From an uncultured Candidatus Cloacimonadota bacterium (GTDB lineage Bacteria; Cloacimonadota; Cloacimonadia; Cloacimonadales; TCS61): a stretch of DNA of 58,945 nucleotides. The DNA lies in assembly GCA_964457455.1 (NCBI GenBank), contig CAYWJN010000004.1:1-58945 (forward strand). Direction: 5' to 3'. Shown in pieces: positions 27,779-37,636 of this stretch. The notes beneath the pieces are model-generated. The model was not told the DNA's origin. It did no database searches and saw only the letters and a program-made list of their open reading frames with translations. The first letter of the stretch is position 1. Each line of letters opens with the position of its first letter. The position numbers were made by a program, and so were the translations under genes.

Positions 27779-28741
27779 ATGAGGAAATTTTTATTTTATT
27801 TATTTTTGATTTTATTATTTATTGGAGGTTGCTCGATGAAAAAGGAATCAAACAAAGGAATCAATCCTTTTCCAAACTTTGATGCGATGTGGGATTATCA
27901 AAAACCGGATGTGACAGAAGCAAAATTTAAAGAGATCTTACCACTTTTAAAAAATTCTGCTGAGTTCACCTATGATGCAGGTTATCATGCTGAACTTCTC
28001 ACCCAGATCGCTCGTGCACAAGGTTTGCAGGGAAAATTTGATGAAGCACATAAAACCCTGGATGAAGCTGAAAAATTATTATCAGAAGATTCGAAAACAG
28101 CAAAAATTCGTTATCTTTTGGAACGTGGACGGGTTTATAATTCATCCGCTGTTTCTGAAAAAGCAAAACCATTATTTTTAGAAGCGTGGAAATTCGGTAA
28201 TGTAAACAACCTGGATTTGTATGCTATTGACGCTGCTCATATGATGGGCATTGTAGTTACTCCTGAGCAGCAACTTGAATGGTCTCTGAAAGCTCTTGAA
28301 CTTACTGAAAAAACGAAAGACAAAAGAGCTAAAGGTTGGTTGGGACCTCTTTACAATAATATCGGCTGGACTTATCATGATCTGCAGGAATATAAAAAAG
28401 CTTTGGAACTATTTGAAAACGCATTGAAATGGAGACAGGAAATTAATGATGAATACAGCATCAGAATTCAGAAATGGAACATTGCCAGAACTTTCAGGTC
28501 ATTGGGAAGAATTGATGAAGCTTTGGAAATACAACTTGCTTTGAAAAATGAGTTTGAAGAGAAGCAGCTTGAACAGGATGGATATGTTTTTGAAGAATTA
28601 GGTGAATTGTATCTAATCAAAGATAATCAAACAGAAGCAAAAAAATATTTCAAACTTGCTTATGAATATCTTTCCAAAGATAACTGGCTGCAACAAAATG
28701 AACCTGATAGATTGAAAAGATTGAAGGATTTGAGCGAATAA
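27779..28741 (+). CDS. TPR-repeat lipoprotein
   Basis: Lipobox FIGGC; TPR-like helices (LYNNIGWTYHDLQEYKKALELFENAL, VFEELGELYL). Confidence 0.8.
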   Translation: MRKFLFYLFLILLFIGGCSMKKESNKGINPFPNFDAMWDYQKPDVTEAKFKEILPLLKNSAEFTYDAGYHAELLTQIARAQGLQGKFDEAHKTLDEAEKLLSEDSKTAKIRYLLERGRVYNSSAVSEKAKPLFLEAWKFGNVNNLDLYAIDAAHMMGIVVTPEQQLEWSLKALELTEKTKDKRAKGWLGPLYNNIGWTYHDLQEYKKALELFENALKWRQEINDEYSIRIQKWNIARTFRSLGRIDEALEIQLALKNEFEEKQLEQDGYVFEELGELYLIKDNQTEAKKYFKLAYEYLSKDNWLQQNEPDRLKRLKDLSE

Positions 28742-28881
28742 TAATTCTATTGAAGTATTAAATTTATTGACATTTTTCATTTTGTTTTTAATTTCAATTA
28801 AGATGATATCAGGACCTTCTGAACGGTTTGGAAGCAAAGGTCAGCCATTGCATGCGAGATTTTAGTTTCAAAGGAATTATT

Positions 28882-29919
28882 ATGGTAAAATCAAGTTTCT
28901 TAAAAGTAGTTTTGGGAATAATTGCAGCAGCAATCATTGTTTATATTCTTAAAACATTAAAAACAATCTTTATCCCACTTACTTTCGCAATTTTCCTTTC
29001 GTTTATTTTTGCTCCTCTAAACAGGTTTTTAATTCAAAAGAAAGTCCCAATTTCTTTAATCCTTTTAATAATGGTAATCATCATCTTAATTTCTTTCACT
29101 TTAACAGGAACAATCGTTTATACAAGCGTTTCATCATTTGTAACAGAATTCCCGAAATATGAAGAAAAAATGACTATTCTTATCCAGGATTTTATTACAA
29201 AATTCGAAATTCCAGTGGAAGAAGTAAAAAATTATCTGAATAATAAAGTAAACTGGGTTGAAATCGCCAATAAATTATCTTTCACAAAAGTTATTTCCGC
29301 AACAATGGGTAACTTTATCGACTTCTTTATTAAGCTGCTTTTAACTGTTGTTTTCATGCTCTTTATTGTTTTGGAGCGAAACAAACTCTTCCATCGAGTG
29401 GAAAAAGTGATCACTGAAAAAGATGTGCTGCATTCCCTCAAGGTTATAGCCAAAATCGAAGGACAAGTGAGAAAATACCTTGTCAATAAAACCTTTATCA
29501 GCTTGGCAACTGCTTTGGTTTCCATGCTTTTTATTTATGCATATGGGATTGATTTTGTAATTATTGCTGGTTTGTTTATCTTTATTTTGAATTTCATCCC
29601 TAATATCGGTTCCATTATTGCATCAGCATTCCCCATGATAATCTGTTTCTTTCAATTCGGCTTGAGCTGGCAATTAATTGCAGTTGTGATTACTCTACCT
29701 TCAATTCAGATGACTTTTGGTAATGTGATCGAACCCAGACTTATGGGTACAGGACTCAATCTTTCTCCAATAATTATCCTAATTTCCTTGATCTTCTGGT
29801 ATTGGATTTGGGGACCCGTTGGCATGATTCTGGCAATTCCCATCACATCTGCTTTGAACCTTATTTTTAAAGAAATTGACTCAATGAAAATTGTCTCCGC
29901 TTTCATCAGCGGTGATTAA
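28882..29919 (+). CDS. AI-2E family (PerM-like) transporter
   Basis: IFIPLTFAIFLSFIFAPL, LNFIPNIGS, GNVIEPRLMG, WGPVGMILAIP. ATG 28882 preferred. Confidence 0.92.
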   Translation: MVKSSFLKVVLGIIAAAIIVYILKTLKTIFIPLTFAIFLSFIFAPLNRFLIQKKVPISLILLIMVIIILISFTLTGTIVYTSVSSFVTEFPKYEEKMTILIQDFITKFEIPVEEVKNYLNNKVNWVEIANKLSFTKVISATMGNFIDFFIKLLLTVVFMLFIVLERNKLFHRVEKVITEKDVLHSLKVIAKIEGQVRKYLVNKTFISLATALVSMLFIYAYGIDFVIIAGLFIFILNFIPNIGSIIASAFPMIICFFQFGLSWQLIAVVITLPSIQMTFGNVIEPRLMGTGLNLSPIIILISLIFWYWIWGPVGMILAIPITSALNLIFKEIDSMKIVSAFISGD

Positions 29920-29921
29920 GA

Positions 29922-31166
29922 ATGCCCTTAACAATTGATTCGATCCTTCGCGGAAGTCTCGCTGCTCAAGAAGGTTTACAAGCTAATGACATCATTATTT
30001 CGATTAATAAAAACCCGATAAATGATTTTTTGGACTTACAATTTTTTGGAGCTGAAGAATCTTTATTAATTGAATATCGAAATTCTGAAAAAGCAACAAA
30101 AAAAATCTTTATACATCAAGATTTTGAAAAGTCTTTAGGAATCATACCGATTCCTCATAAATGCAGAACCTGCATAAATGATTGCATCTTCTGCTTCATT
30201 GACCAGATGCCTTCATATCTACGAAAATCGCTTTATTTGAAAGATGATGATTATCGCTTGTCATTTATTTATGGAAACTTCATAACTTTAACAAATCTCG
30301 CTCAGAAAGATATCGAAAGAATAATAGCTCAAAAACTAAGTCCTCTCTATATTTCCGTTCACACTACAAATCCAAATTTACACAAAAAACTAATGAGATA
30401 TAAAATTGATTTCAACATTTTAGAACAATTGAAATTTCTTAGAAAAAACGGAATCGAATTGCATACTCAAATTGTAATTATTCCCGGTTGGAATGATGGC
30501 AACGAAATGATAAATACTTTGCAGGATTTAACTTCTTTGGATGTCCTTTCTATTGGAATTGTGCCTGTTGGTCTTACTAAATTCAGGAATTCTTTACAGA
30601 AAATTCAAACTGTGAATTCTAAACTAGCAAAACAAATTATAAAAATCTCTCGGATCTTTCCCAAAACATATTGCTCTGATGAGATCTATATTCTGGCAAA
30701 CCAGAAAATTCCTCCTGAAGATTTTTATGATGATTATCCTCAACTTGAAAATGGTATCGGAATGATTCGATTGCTTCTGGAAAATTGGAAAAAGAATAAG
30801 AAAAGGTTTATTAAAGAAATTCAAAAAATCAATAACAAACTTGTTTTTATCACTGGCAAATTAGCTTATGAATATTTTATTGGAATTGCTAAAGAAATAA
30901 ACTCAATCCTCCCAAATAAAACTCGAGTAAAATCCATCACAAATTTTTTCCTGGGAGAATCAGTTACAGTTACCGGACTGCTGAGTGCAAAGGATATTCT
31001 TGAGCAGATAGATTTGAGACAAAATGAGATAGCTGTTATCAGCAGTAATATTTTCAATACAGATGGTTTTACTTTAGATGATATTCATAAAAATGAACTT
31101 AAAACAAAACTGAATGGAAAGTTGCTGATCGTTGATGAAGAATTTGCTAATTGGAAATTAATCTGA
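29922..31166 (+). CDS. DUF512 protein (PDZ + radical-SAM-like Fe-S oxidoreductase)
   Basis: N-terminal PDZ-like segment; CRTCINDCIFCFIDQMP, DDDYRLSF.YGNFITLTN, SPLYISVH, QLENGIGM, VTVTGLL. Confidence 0.88.
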   Translation: MPLTIDSILRGSLAAQEGLQANDIIISINKNPINDFLDLQFFGAEESLLIEYRNSEKATKKIFIHQDFEKSLGIIPIPHKCRTCINDCIFCFIDQMPSYLRKSLYLKDDDYRLSFIYGNFITLTNLAQKDIERIIAQKLSPLYISVHTTNPNLHKKLMRYKIDFNILEQLKFLRKNGIELHTQIVIIPGWNDGNEMINTLQDLTSLDVLSIGIVPVGLTKFRNSLQKIQTVNSKLAKQIIKISRIFPKTYCSDEIYILANQKIPPEDFYDDYPQLENGIGMIRLLLENWKKNKKRFIKEIQKINNKLVFITGKLAYEYFIGIAKEINSILPNKTRVKSITNFFLGESVTVTGLLSAKDILEQIDLRQNEIAVISSNIFNTDGFTLDDIHKNELKTKLNGKLLIVDEEFANWKLI

Positions 31167-31240
31167 ATTGATTTGAAACCAGACAAGCAAGACTTAAATT
31201 GTAATGATTGAAAAAATATGACTTGATGATTGCGACATTT

Positions 31241-31447
31241 TATCCACGAATTACACGAATTTACACAAATTATTATTTAGTCTTATTTTTGGACGCTGAT
31301 TCTCCAAAAAGTCACACTGATACAGTCATTCCCTATTAAATATCACATCGTATTTTACAGGATAAACTTCCTTACGGAGCAGGCAAAGACATAAAGTTAT
31401 ATTTCTTATCTGTGACTATCCGTAACATCCGTGTCATCCGTGTGCTA
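31241..31447. repeat. Oppositely oriented cacgaat / atccgtg repeat arrays
   Basis: tatccacgaattacacgaatttacacaaat (31241-31270) and tatctgtgactatccgtaacatccgtgtcatccgtgtg (31407-31447). Confidence 0.55.
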
Positions 31448-31507
31448 AGTTGTTCTCGACTCACACTCCCGTTGGTCGTTGCAAGTCAAGTCCAACTGAG
31501 AAAAATA

Positions 31508-31942
31508 TTACCAATCTTTATTCATTGAATCGAATAAATTGTAATCGCCAAACTGACGAAATTCAAAAGTGATCTTTGTATTCTCCGAAGGTTTATAATT
31601 CAATTGAAAACTGGGCAGAACCTTGCTCGTATTATCGTTATTCCCTTCTATTGTAAAATCTTTCTGAAAAGTTGTTGAACCAAAATTCACAAAATTCAAA
31701 TCCAATTTAAAATCCAGTTTTGAATTGAACTGATATTTCAGATGATTTGTGTAAACAGACTGATAGAATCCCTGATTATTTGAGGAAAAGCCGCTCATAA
31801 ATGAAAACGAATGATTCATGGTTAATTTATTGGGATTGAATAACATGAATTTATAATCCGGTTTAAAATAATCTGCTGTTATTTCTGCAAACAAGAAAAA
31901 TGTCATTACACTCAATAATAGAATTAAAATGATCTTTTTCAT
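31508..31942 (-). CDS. Exported hypothetical protein
   Basis: Signal peptide MKKIILILLLSVMTFFLFA, AGGAG RBS, beta-strand-rich body; 144 aa. Confidence 0.8.
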   Translation of the reverse strand: MKKIILILLLSVMTFFLFAEITADYFKPDYKFMLFNPNKLTMNHSFSFMSGFSSNNQGFYQSVYTNHLKYQFNSKLDFKLDLNFVNFGSTTFQKDFTIEGNNDNTSKVLPSFQLNYKPSENTKITFEFRQFGDYNLFDSMNKDW

Positions 31943-31969
31943 TTTTCGCTCCTAAAGCGTTATAAAATA

Positions 31970-32134
31970 TCAATCTTTATTGATAATTTCTTTGAGCCTT
32001 CTATCCAATCGTCTTATACGACTCTTCTTGGAAATCCGCTTTCTCTTGTGTGTTTTAATCGCATTCATCAGACTAATAATTACAATATATCCAACTACTA
32101 AAATAACACCTGCATATATCGCTATCGTTTTCAT
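31970..32134 (-). CDS. Small single-TM protein (54 aa), not in the ORF track
   Basis: MKTIAIYAGVILVVGYIVIISLMNAIKTHKRKRISKKSRIRRLDRRLKEIINKD*; TTGACA upstream at 32170-32165. Confidence 0.55.
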   Translation of the reverse strand: MKTIAIYAGVILVVGYIVIISLMNAIKTHKRKRISKKSRIRRLDRRLKEIINKD

Positions 32135-32181
32135 AAACAGATAAAAATTTTACAGTTTAAAATATGTCAATAAAACTTTCA

Positions 32182-34824
32182 TTATTTTATCAGGATGCAT
32201 CTCTTTGATATTTCAAACTTATTATTAATTATTAATTTATATAAATAAGTTCCACTACCCACAAACCTGTTATTCATATCTGTTCCATCCCAAACTAAAG
32301 AATGTTCTCCTTTTTCCTTTTGTTCATCTGCTATCAATGTTTTGATTTTTTGACCTTTGATATTGAAGATTTCAAGTCTTACATTTGCAGGTTCTTTCAG
32401 AGAAAAACTTATGGTTGTAGAAGGGTTGCGTTGGGCACCTGACGGATTGAAAGGATTGGGATAATTCTGATATAATCTTGCTATAGATTCAATTGTAACA
32501 ACATTCTCCGAACTCACGTAAATATCATCGAGATTAATTTTATAAGCTGAACATCCATAAGTTCCAATAACCAGAGTTCTGGTCTCATTATGAATTTTCA
32601 TATCTGTAACCGGAACATTGGGAATTCCCTGGGAAATACTTACCCAGCTTCCTCCACCATTTTCAGAATAGAATACGCCAGCATCCGAACCCACAATAAT
32701 CCTATCAGAAATTTGCGGATCTAAAACTATACAATTGACAGGAATTTCCGGCAAATTGGAACTAATATCAATCCAAACAGAACCAAGAGTGGTAGATTTA
32801 AAAACATGTGGAGCAGGTTCATCCCACCTGAAACCGGACACTGTAGCATAAATAGTGAAGAAATCAAATGGATCTGCTGCCACGCGAGTTATCCATCGCT
32901 CTGGTAAACCTTCAGAGATTTCAGTCCAATTTACTCCATCATCAACTGAAATATGAACATGACTATCATCTGTTCCGGCAACAATGATTTCAGGATATGT
33001 GAGTGAAACTGCAATCGTGCTAACTGTGTGATAACTGCTGCCATCATCACCGTCAGTCAAATCTTCACTTACAGCAGTCCAGTCATTCCCACCATCAGTT
33101 GTTTTCCAGATACGATATGTACCAAAATAGAGAGTTTCAGGATCATCAGGATGCATTGCCAGAGGAGAAGACCAGTTTTTTCTGTCATTCTCCATCTCTC
33201 CTGCAATAAAAGAAAAATAATATCCGCCATCAGTAGATTTAAACAGATTTCCCCATTGATACTCTGCATAAATTATATTTGGATTTGAATGATCAACAAG
33301 AGTATAAAAGCCATCTCCTCCCAAAATAATATGCCAATCATCCAGATTTCCTGTTAAAGTTCGGATTGTACTGTTATCCTGAGTTCCGCCATAAATTCTA
33401 TCAGGATTTGTATTATCTATCTCGATTGCATAAAACTGTGTAAGAGGAATATTATCGATTTTTATCCAATCATTTCCAAGATTGTAACTTATATACAATC
33501 CGCCATCATTTCCTTCAATGATCCTACCTGTATCCTCATCGATATGCATGGCATGATGGTCAACGTGGATTTCCTCCATATTACCATAATCTGCCAGCAG
33601 AATCCAACTATTGCCGCCATTATCGGAACGATATAATTCCACTCCCATCACGTAAACCCGGTTTTCATCTGTAGGATCGATCTTGATTTGACCAAAATAC
33701 CAGCCAAAATAACTATTCATTCCCTGCAGATAAGAATCATTTGTTTGTATCCAGGCATCTCCCCCATTTGAAGTTCTATAAACTCTGACTTCAGAATTTG
33801 GCAGATCATAAAATGCATATAGAACTTCCGGATTGGTTTTGGAAATATCCAGTCCGATCCTGCCCACATTATTTCCTGTTGGTAATCCACTTGTTAATTC
33901 AAACCAGGTTTCTCCTGCATCGATTGTTTTCCAGATGCCGGATGTTTCCCCAAAAGAATGACGATAAGTTAAACCCCGCATTCTTTCCCACATGGCAGCA
34001 TAAAGAATATCTGGATTGGAGGGATGTTGAACCAGATCGATAGCTGATGTGGAATCTGTTATAAATAATTTCCTGTCCCAACTTATTCCACCATCATCGC
34101 TGCGATAGATTCCTCTTTCTTCATTTGCACTGAAAAGATTTCCACAAGCAGCAACAAAAATTCTTTGGGAATTTGAATGATCAATTATAATTCTCCCAAT
34201 GTAAGCAGAATTTTCCAATCCAATGTGTTCCCAAGTTTCTCCTGCATTAACTGTCTTGTAAATTCCATTTCCCAGAAAACTGTAACTGGATGCATTTGCT
34301 TCACCGGTTCCTGCAAAAAGGATATTCTCATTATTCGGATCGATGGCAATATCTCCAATGGAAATAACAGGAGCATCTGCAAAAACATTCTGCCAGTTTT
34401 CTCCATTATCTGTTGTTTTGAATATTCCTCCTGAAGCTGCACCCACATAAATCGTTTCCGGAGAATCAGGATGAATTGCCAGATCCGTGATCCTACCACC
34501 AATATTTGTTGGTCCGGCTAATTCCCAATCATACCTGGATTCTATCGAATTTTCATGCAGCTCCATTGCCTGTCTCATTCCCAACAGATAAGAATCGATT
34601 TTAATCTCATCATGCGGATAACAGCGTTGGTAAGCCATCCATTCATTAGTTACAGCATCTGGCTCCTTTTTTAAGGGAGGTCCAAAAGGTCGCTCTACAA
34701 ATTCTTTTTTGGGCTTTCGAATTCTTTCCCTACCCAAAGGTGATCTTTTTGATTCAAGAAAAAAATATGCTTCAGCGATGATGACTAAAACTAATACAAT
34801 TAATAAAATGTTTCTGATTTTCAT
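32182..34824 (-). CDS. BNR/Asp-box (VPS10/sortilin-like) beta-propeller protein with C-terminal FlgD-Ig/T9SS-like sorting domain
   Basis: GPTNIGGRITD, repeated KT.D.G..W Asp boxes, GGTQDN, GGDG, C-terminal LYQNYPNPFNP...IFNIKGQKIKTL. Confidence 0.88.
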   Translation of the reverse strand: MKIRNILLIVLVLVIIAEAYFFLESKRSPLGRERIRKPKKEFVERPFGPPLKKEPDAVTNEWMAYQRCYPHDEIKIDSYLLGMRQAMELHENSIESRYDWELAGPTNIGGRITDLAIHPDSPETIYVGAASGGIFKTTDNGENWQNVFADAPVISIGDIAIDPNNENILFAGTGEANASSYSFLGNGIYKTVNAGETWEHIGLENSAYIGRIIIDHSNSQRIFVAACGNLFSANEERGIYRSDDGGISWDRKLFITDSTSAIDLVQHPSNPDILYAAMWERMRGLTYRHSFGETSGIWKTIDAGETWFELTSGLPTGNNVGRIGLDISKTNPEVLYAFYDLPNSEVRVYRTSNGGDAWIQTNDSYLQGMNSYFGWYFGQIKIDPTDENRVYVMGVELYRSDNGGNSWILLADYGNMEEIHVDHHAMHIDEDTGRIIEGNDGGLYISYNLGNDWIKIDNIPLTQFYAIEIDNTNPDRIYGGTQDNSTIRTLTGNLDDWHIILGGDGFYTLVDHSNPNIIYAEYQWGNLFKSTDGGYYFSFIAGEMENDRKNWSSPLAMHPDDPETLYFGTYRIWKTTDGGNDWTAVSEDLTDGDDGSSYHTVSTIAVSLTYPEIIVAGTDDSHVHISVDDGVNWTEISEGLPERWITRVAADPFDFFTIYATVSGFRWDEPAPHVFKSTTLGSVWIDISSNLPEIPVNCIVLDPQISDRIIVGSDAGVFYSENGGGSWVSISQGIPNVPVTDMKIHNETRTLVIGTYGCSAYKINLDDIYVSSENVVTIESIARLYQNYPNPFNPSGAQRNPSTTISFSLKEPANVRLEIFNIKGQKIKTLIADEQKEKGEHSLVWDGTDMNNRFVGSGTYLYKLIINNKFEISKRCILIK

Positions 34825-34872
34825 TTTTCATCCAGTTTTTTACTTACCAAATTTTTGAAATTTATCAAGTTT

Positions 34873-35538
34873 TTATATTTCAATTAATCTCTTAATATTT
34901 CTGTGCTTCATTTTTTTTATGATTTGAAGCAGGTTCTCAAGTTTTTCATATAAATTTTCTAAGCTCGTATTATTCTCAATATTTACATCTGCTAATTTCT
35001 GTTTTTCAAAATCCGGCATCTGGGAATCGATTATCTGTTTTGCTCTTTTTTCTGAAATTTTCCTTTTTTTTATAATTCTTTTAATTTGAATCGATTTCTC
35101 CGAAGAAATATTTAAAACAAGATCAAAGGCTTTTTCCAATTTGTTTTCAAAAAGTAGCGGAATTTCAAAAATAAGTATTGGAAACCCGAGTCGAGTTTGC
35201 TCACTTGTGTTAATCTGCTCACACTCATCAATAATTTTCTGCATTTCTTTTCTTATTTTTGGATGGAGAAGCTGATTTAAAAAACTCAGTTTTTGCTTTG
35301 ATCCAAATACAATCTGACCGAGTTTTTTCCTATTAATCTTTTTTTTATCTACGATGTCTTCACCGAATTTTTCCGTAAGTTTATTAATAATATCTTCATC
35401 ATCCAGAAATTTATGACCAATCTTATCAGCATAAACAACTTTATAACCTTTTTCTTCAAACCATCTTGAAACCAGAGTTTTGCCGGAAGCAATTCCGCCA
35501 GTAACAGCAATCAGAAAAGGTCGATCAGATTGTTTCAT
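34873..35538 (-). CDS. coaE: Dephospho-CoA kinase
   Basis: IAVTGGIASGKT, INRKKLGQIVF, LHPKI, EIPLLFE, SQMPDFEK. Confidence 0.95.
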   Translation of the reverse strand: MKQSDRPFLIAVTGGIASGKTLVSRWFEEKGYKVVYADKIGHKFLDDEDIINKLTEKFGEDIVDKKKINRKKLGQIVFGSKQKLSFLNQLLHPKIRKEMQKIIDECEQINTSEQTRLGFPILIFEIPLLFENKLEKAFDLVLNISSEKSIQIKRIIKKRKISEKRAKQIIDSQMPDFEKQKLADVNIENNTSLENLYEKLENLLQIIKKMKHRNIKRLIEI

Positions 35539-36268
35539 CTTTTATTCTTTGAGATAGTTCATCGATTGTTAGATCAGTGGAAATAACGCCATTTTTAGCG
35601 ACAGAAATTCTCCCTGTTTCCTCAGAAACAACAATTGCAAATGCATCGGATTTTTCCGTGATTCCAATTGAAGCAAGATGACGTGTACCAAATTTCTGAG
35701 TATATTCGATATTTTCCGAAAGCGGCAAAACAACTTTTACAGCCAGAATTCTTTCTTTTCTTATGATAACGGCTCCATCGTGTAGAATTGTTTTACTATT
35801 AAAAATCGTGAGCAGTAATTTGGTGGAAATCTGTGCATCGATTGTTTCTCCGCTTTCAATGTAATCATCCAGTTTTCCATTATTTTCAATCACAATCAAG
35901 GCTCCGATTTTTCGGAAAGACATAATTGAAACTGCATTTAGAAGAAGTGTATAGATTTTCTTTTTTGTATCCTTAAAAACCGACATCAGATCGCGATTTC
36001 TGAGTAACCTGGAAAATATATTTCTAATTTCCGGATGAAATATGATGATAAAAGCTATTACCCAGTAATCTTTTAAAAGTTTTAAAAATGATGTCATCAT
36101 TGATAAATTCAAAACTGAAGCTGTAAAATATAAAAGTAAAACCAGTCCAAAACCAAGAATAACCTGAAAACCACCTGTTTTTTTAAGAAGAAATATCAGT
36201 CGATATAATAAAAATGAAACCATTAAAATATCGATCACATCGGTAATTTTGGGAATTAAAAAACTCAT
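35525..36268 (-). CDS. cdaA: Diadenylate cyclase (CdaA, DisA_N domain with 3 TM helices)
   Basis: IIIFHPEIR, KIGALIVIE, ILHDGAVII, FGTRHLASIGITE.SDA..IVVSEETG. Confidence 0.95.
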   Translation of the reverse strand: MSFLIPKITDVIDILMVSFLLYRLIFLLKKTGGFQVILGFGLVLLLYFTASVLNLSMMTSFLKLLKDYWVIAFIIIFHPEIRNIFSRLLRNRDLMSVFKDTKKKIYTLLLNAVSIMSFRKIGALIVIENNGKLDDYIESGETIDAQISTKLLLTIFNSKTILHDGAVIIRKERILAVKVVLPLSENIEYTQKFGTRHLASIGITEKSDAFAIVVSEETGRISVAKNGVISTDLTIDELSQRIKDETI

Positions 36269-37461
36269 ATTGCTTCACCTATTTTCTCTAAAGTTTGTAA
36301 AAGTTGTTTATGCTCTTTTACATCGTGAACTCTCACAAAATGGATATTATGCTGCATTGCAAGAGCAGTTGCAGCCAAACTTCCAGCCAATCTTTCTTTG
36401 GGAGTTGAATCATAAATTCTTCCGATAAAACTTTTTCTGGATGCACCTAACACAATTGGAACATCCAAACAATGAAATTCCCTTAGTTTCTTAAGAATGA
36501 TGAGATTATCAGAATGTCTTTTACCAAAACCAATTCCCGGATCGATCAGAATCCTTTCCTTTGAAATTCCATTTGAAATACAAAAATCTATCCTCTCTTC
36601 CAGGAAAGTTAAAATCTCGCTAATTGTATCTTTATAAAAAGGATTTTTCTGCATTGTTCGAGGAGTTCCCCGCATATGCATCAAAATTATTGGAATATGT
36701 TTATATCTTTTCAGAACATTAATCATAGAATTATCAAATCGTAATGCACTGATATCGTTCATAATAGAAGCTCCAGCCTTAATGGCAGCTTCAGCAACTT
36801 CTGCTTTATAAGTATCAATCGAGATAGGAACTTTCCCATGTAATTTTTCTATTATTGGAATCACCCGTTGAATTTCTGTTTGCACACAAATTTCTTCTGC
36901 TCCGGGTCGAGTTGATTCTCCACCAATATCGATGATATCTGCTCCTTCATCAATCATCTTTTGCGCGTGTTCAATTGCTTTTTCCGGATTTACAAATTCA
37001 TTCCCATCGGAAAAACTGTCGGGCGTAACATTTAGAACACCAATAATCCTTGTTTTATTTAACAAAATTTCTTTTCCGTTGCAGTTTAATGTTCGAGGAG
37101 ATTTTTCCAAAATCTGCTTTAACATTTTTTCCAGATCCGCTTTTATTTCACGAAGACCAAAGATTGTCTGAAATTCTAATTTTTTAATCAATTTCTTAAT
37201 TTTATCAGCATTTCCCAGAAGAATCACATCACTGATTTTTTCTTTTCCTTCCACAACTCCGCGTGCTACAGTAGCATCTCCCCCAATGGAAAGCATTTCC
37301 TGCTTCAAAATATTAGCTGCTCCCAATTTTACTTTTTCCAATTTGATATTAAGACCAATCGCTTTAGGAGCCATCACTTGCACACCTTGAGATGAAACAT
37401 TTATTTTGCTCAACTCTCGAGCAGCTTCTTCGACATTTCGGATGTATAAAACTCTGTTCAT
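36265..37461 (-). CDS. folP: Dihydropteroate synthase with about 130-aa N-terminal extension
   Basis: IGVLNVTPDSFSDG, GADIIDIGGESTRPG, SIDTYK, LIDPGIGFGK, GASRKSF, RVHDV. Confidence 0.95.
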   Translation of the reverse strand: MNRVLYIRNVEEAARELSKINVSSQGVQVMAPKAIGLNIKLEKVKLGAANILKQEMLSIGGDATVARGVVEGKEKISDVILLGNADKIKKLIKKLEFQTIFGLREIKADLEKMLKQILEKSPRTLNCNGKEILLNKTRIIGVLNVTPDSFSDGNEFVNPEKAIEHAQKMIDEGADIIDIGGESTRPGAEEICVQTEIQRVIPIIEKLHGKVPISIDTYKAEVAEAAIKAGASIMNDISALRFDNSMINVLKRYKHIPIILMHMRGTPRTMQKNPFYKDTISEILTFLEERIDFCISNGISKERILIDPGIGFGKRHSDNLIILKKLREFHCLDVPIVLGASRKSFIGRIYDSTPKERLAGSLAATALAMQHNIHFVRVHDVKEHKQLLQTLEKIGEAI

Positions 37462-37636
37462 GAATTTATCTTTACTCCTTTATTTGAACATGTGTCGAGG
37501 TGAAACTATGTCTTGGAATTGTCAAATAATCTTTTAAGAACAGAATCTGTCGCTAAATAAATTTTATCCGAAAATCATTGACATCGTAAATTTATCAGGA
37601 AAAGTAAACTTGAAAAAAAAATCCCAGGATATAAAG

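Noticed and set aside
29922-31166. DUF512 protein as part of the novel Fe-S operon
   Set aside because: A widespread known family, 7 kb away, separated by housekeeping genes, with no export signal.
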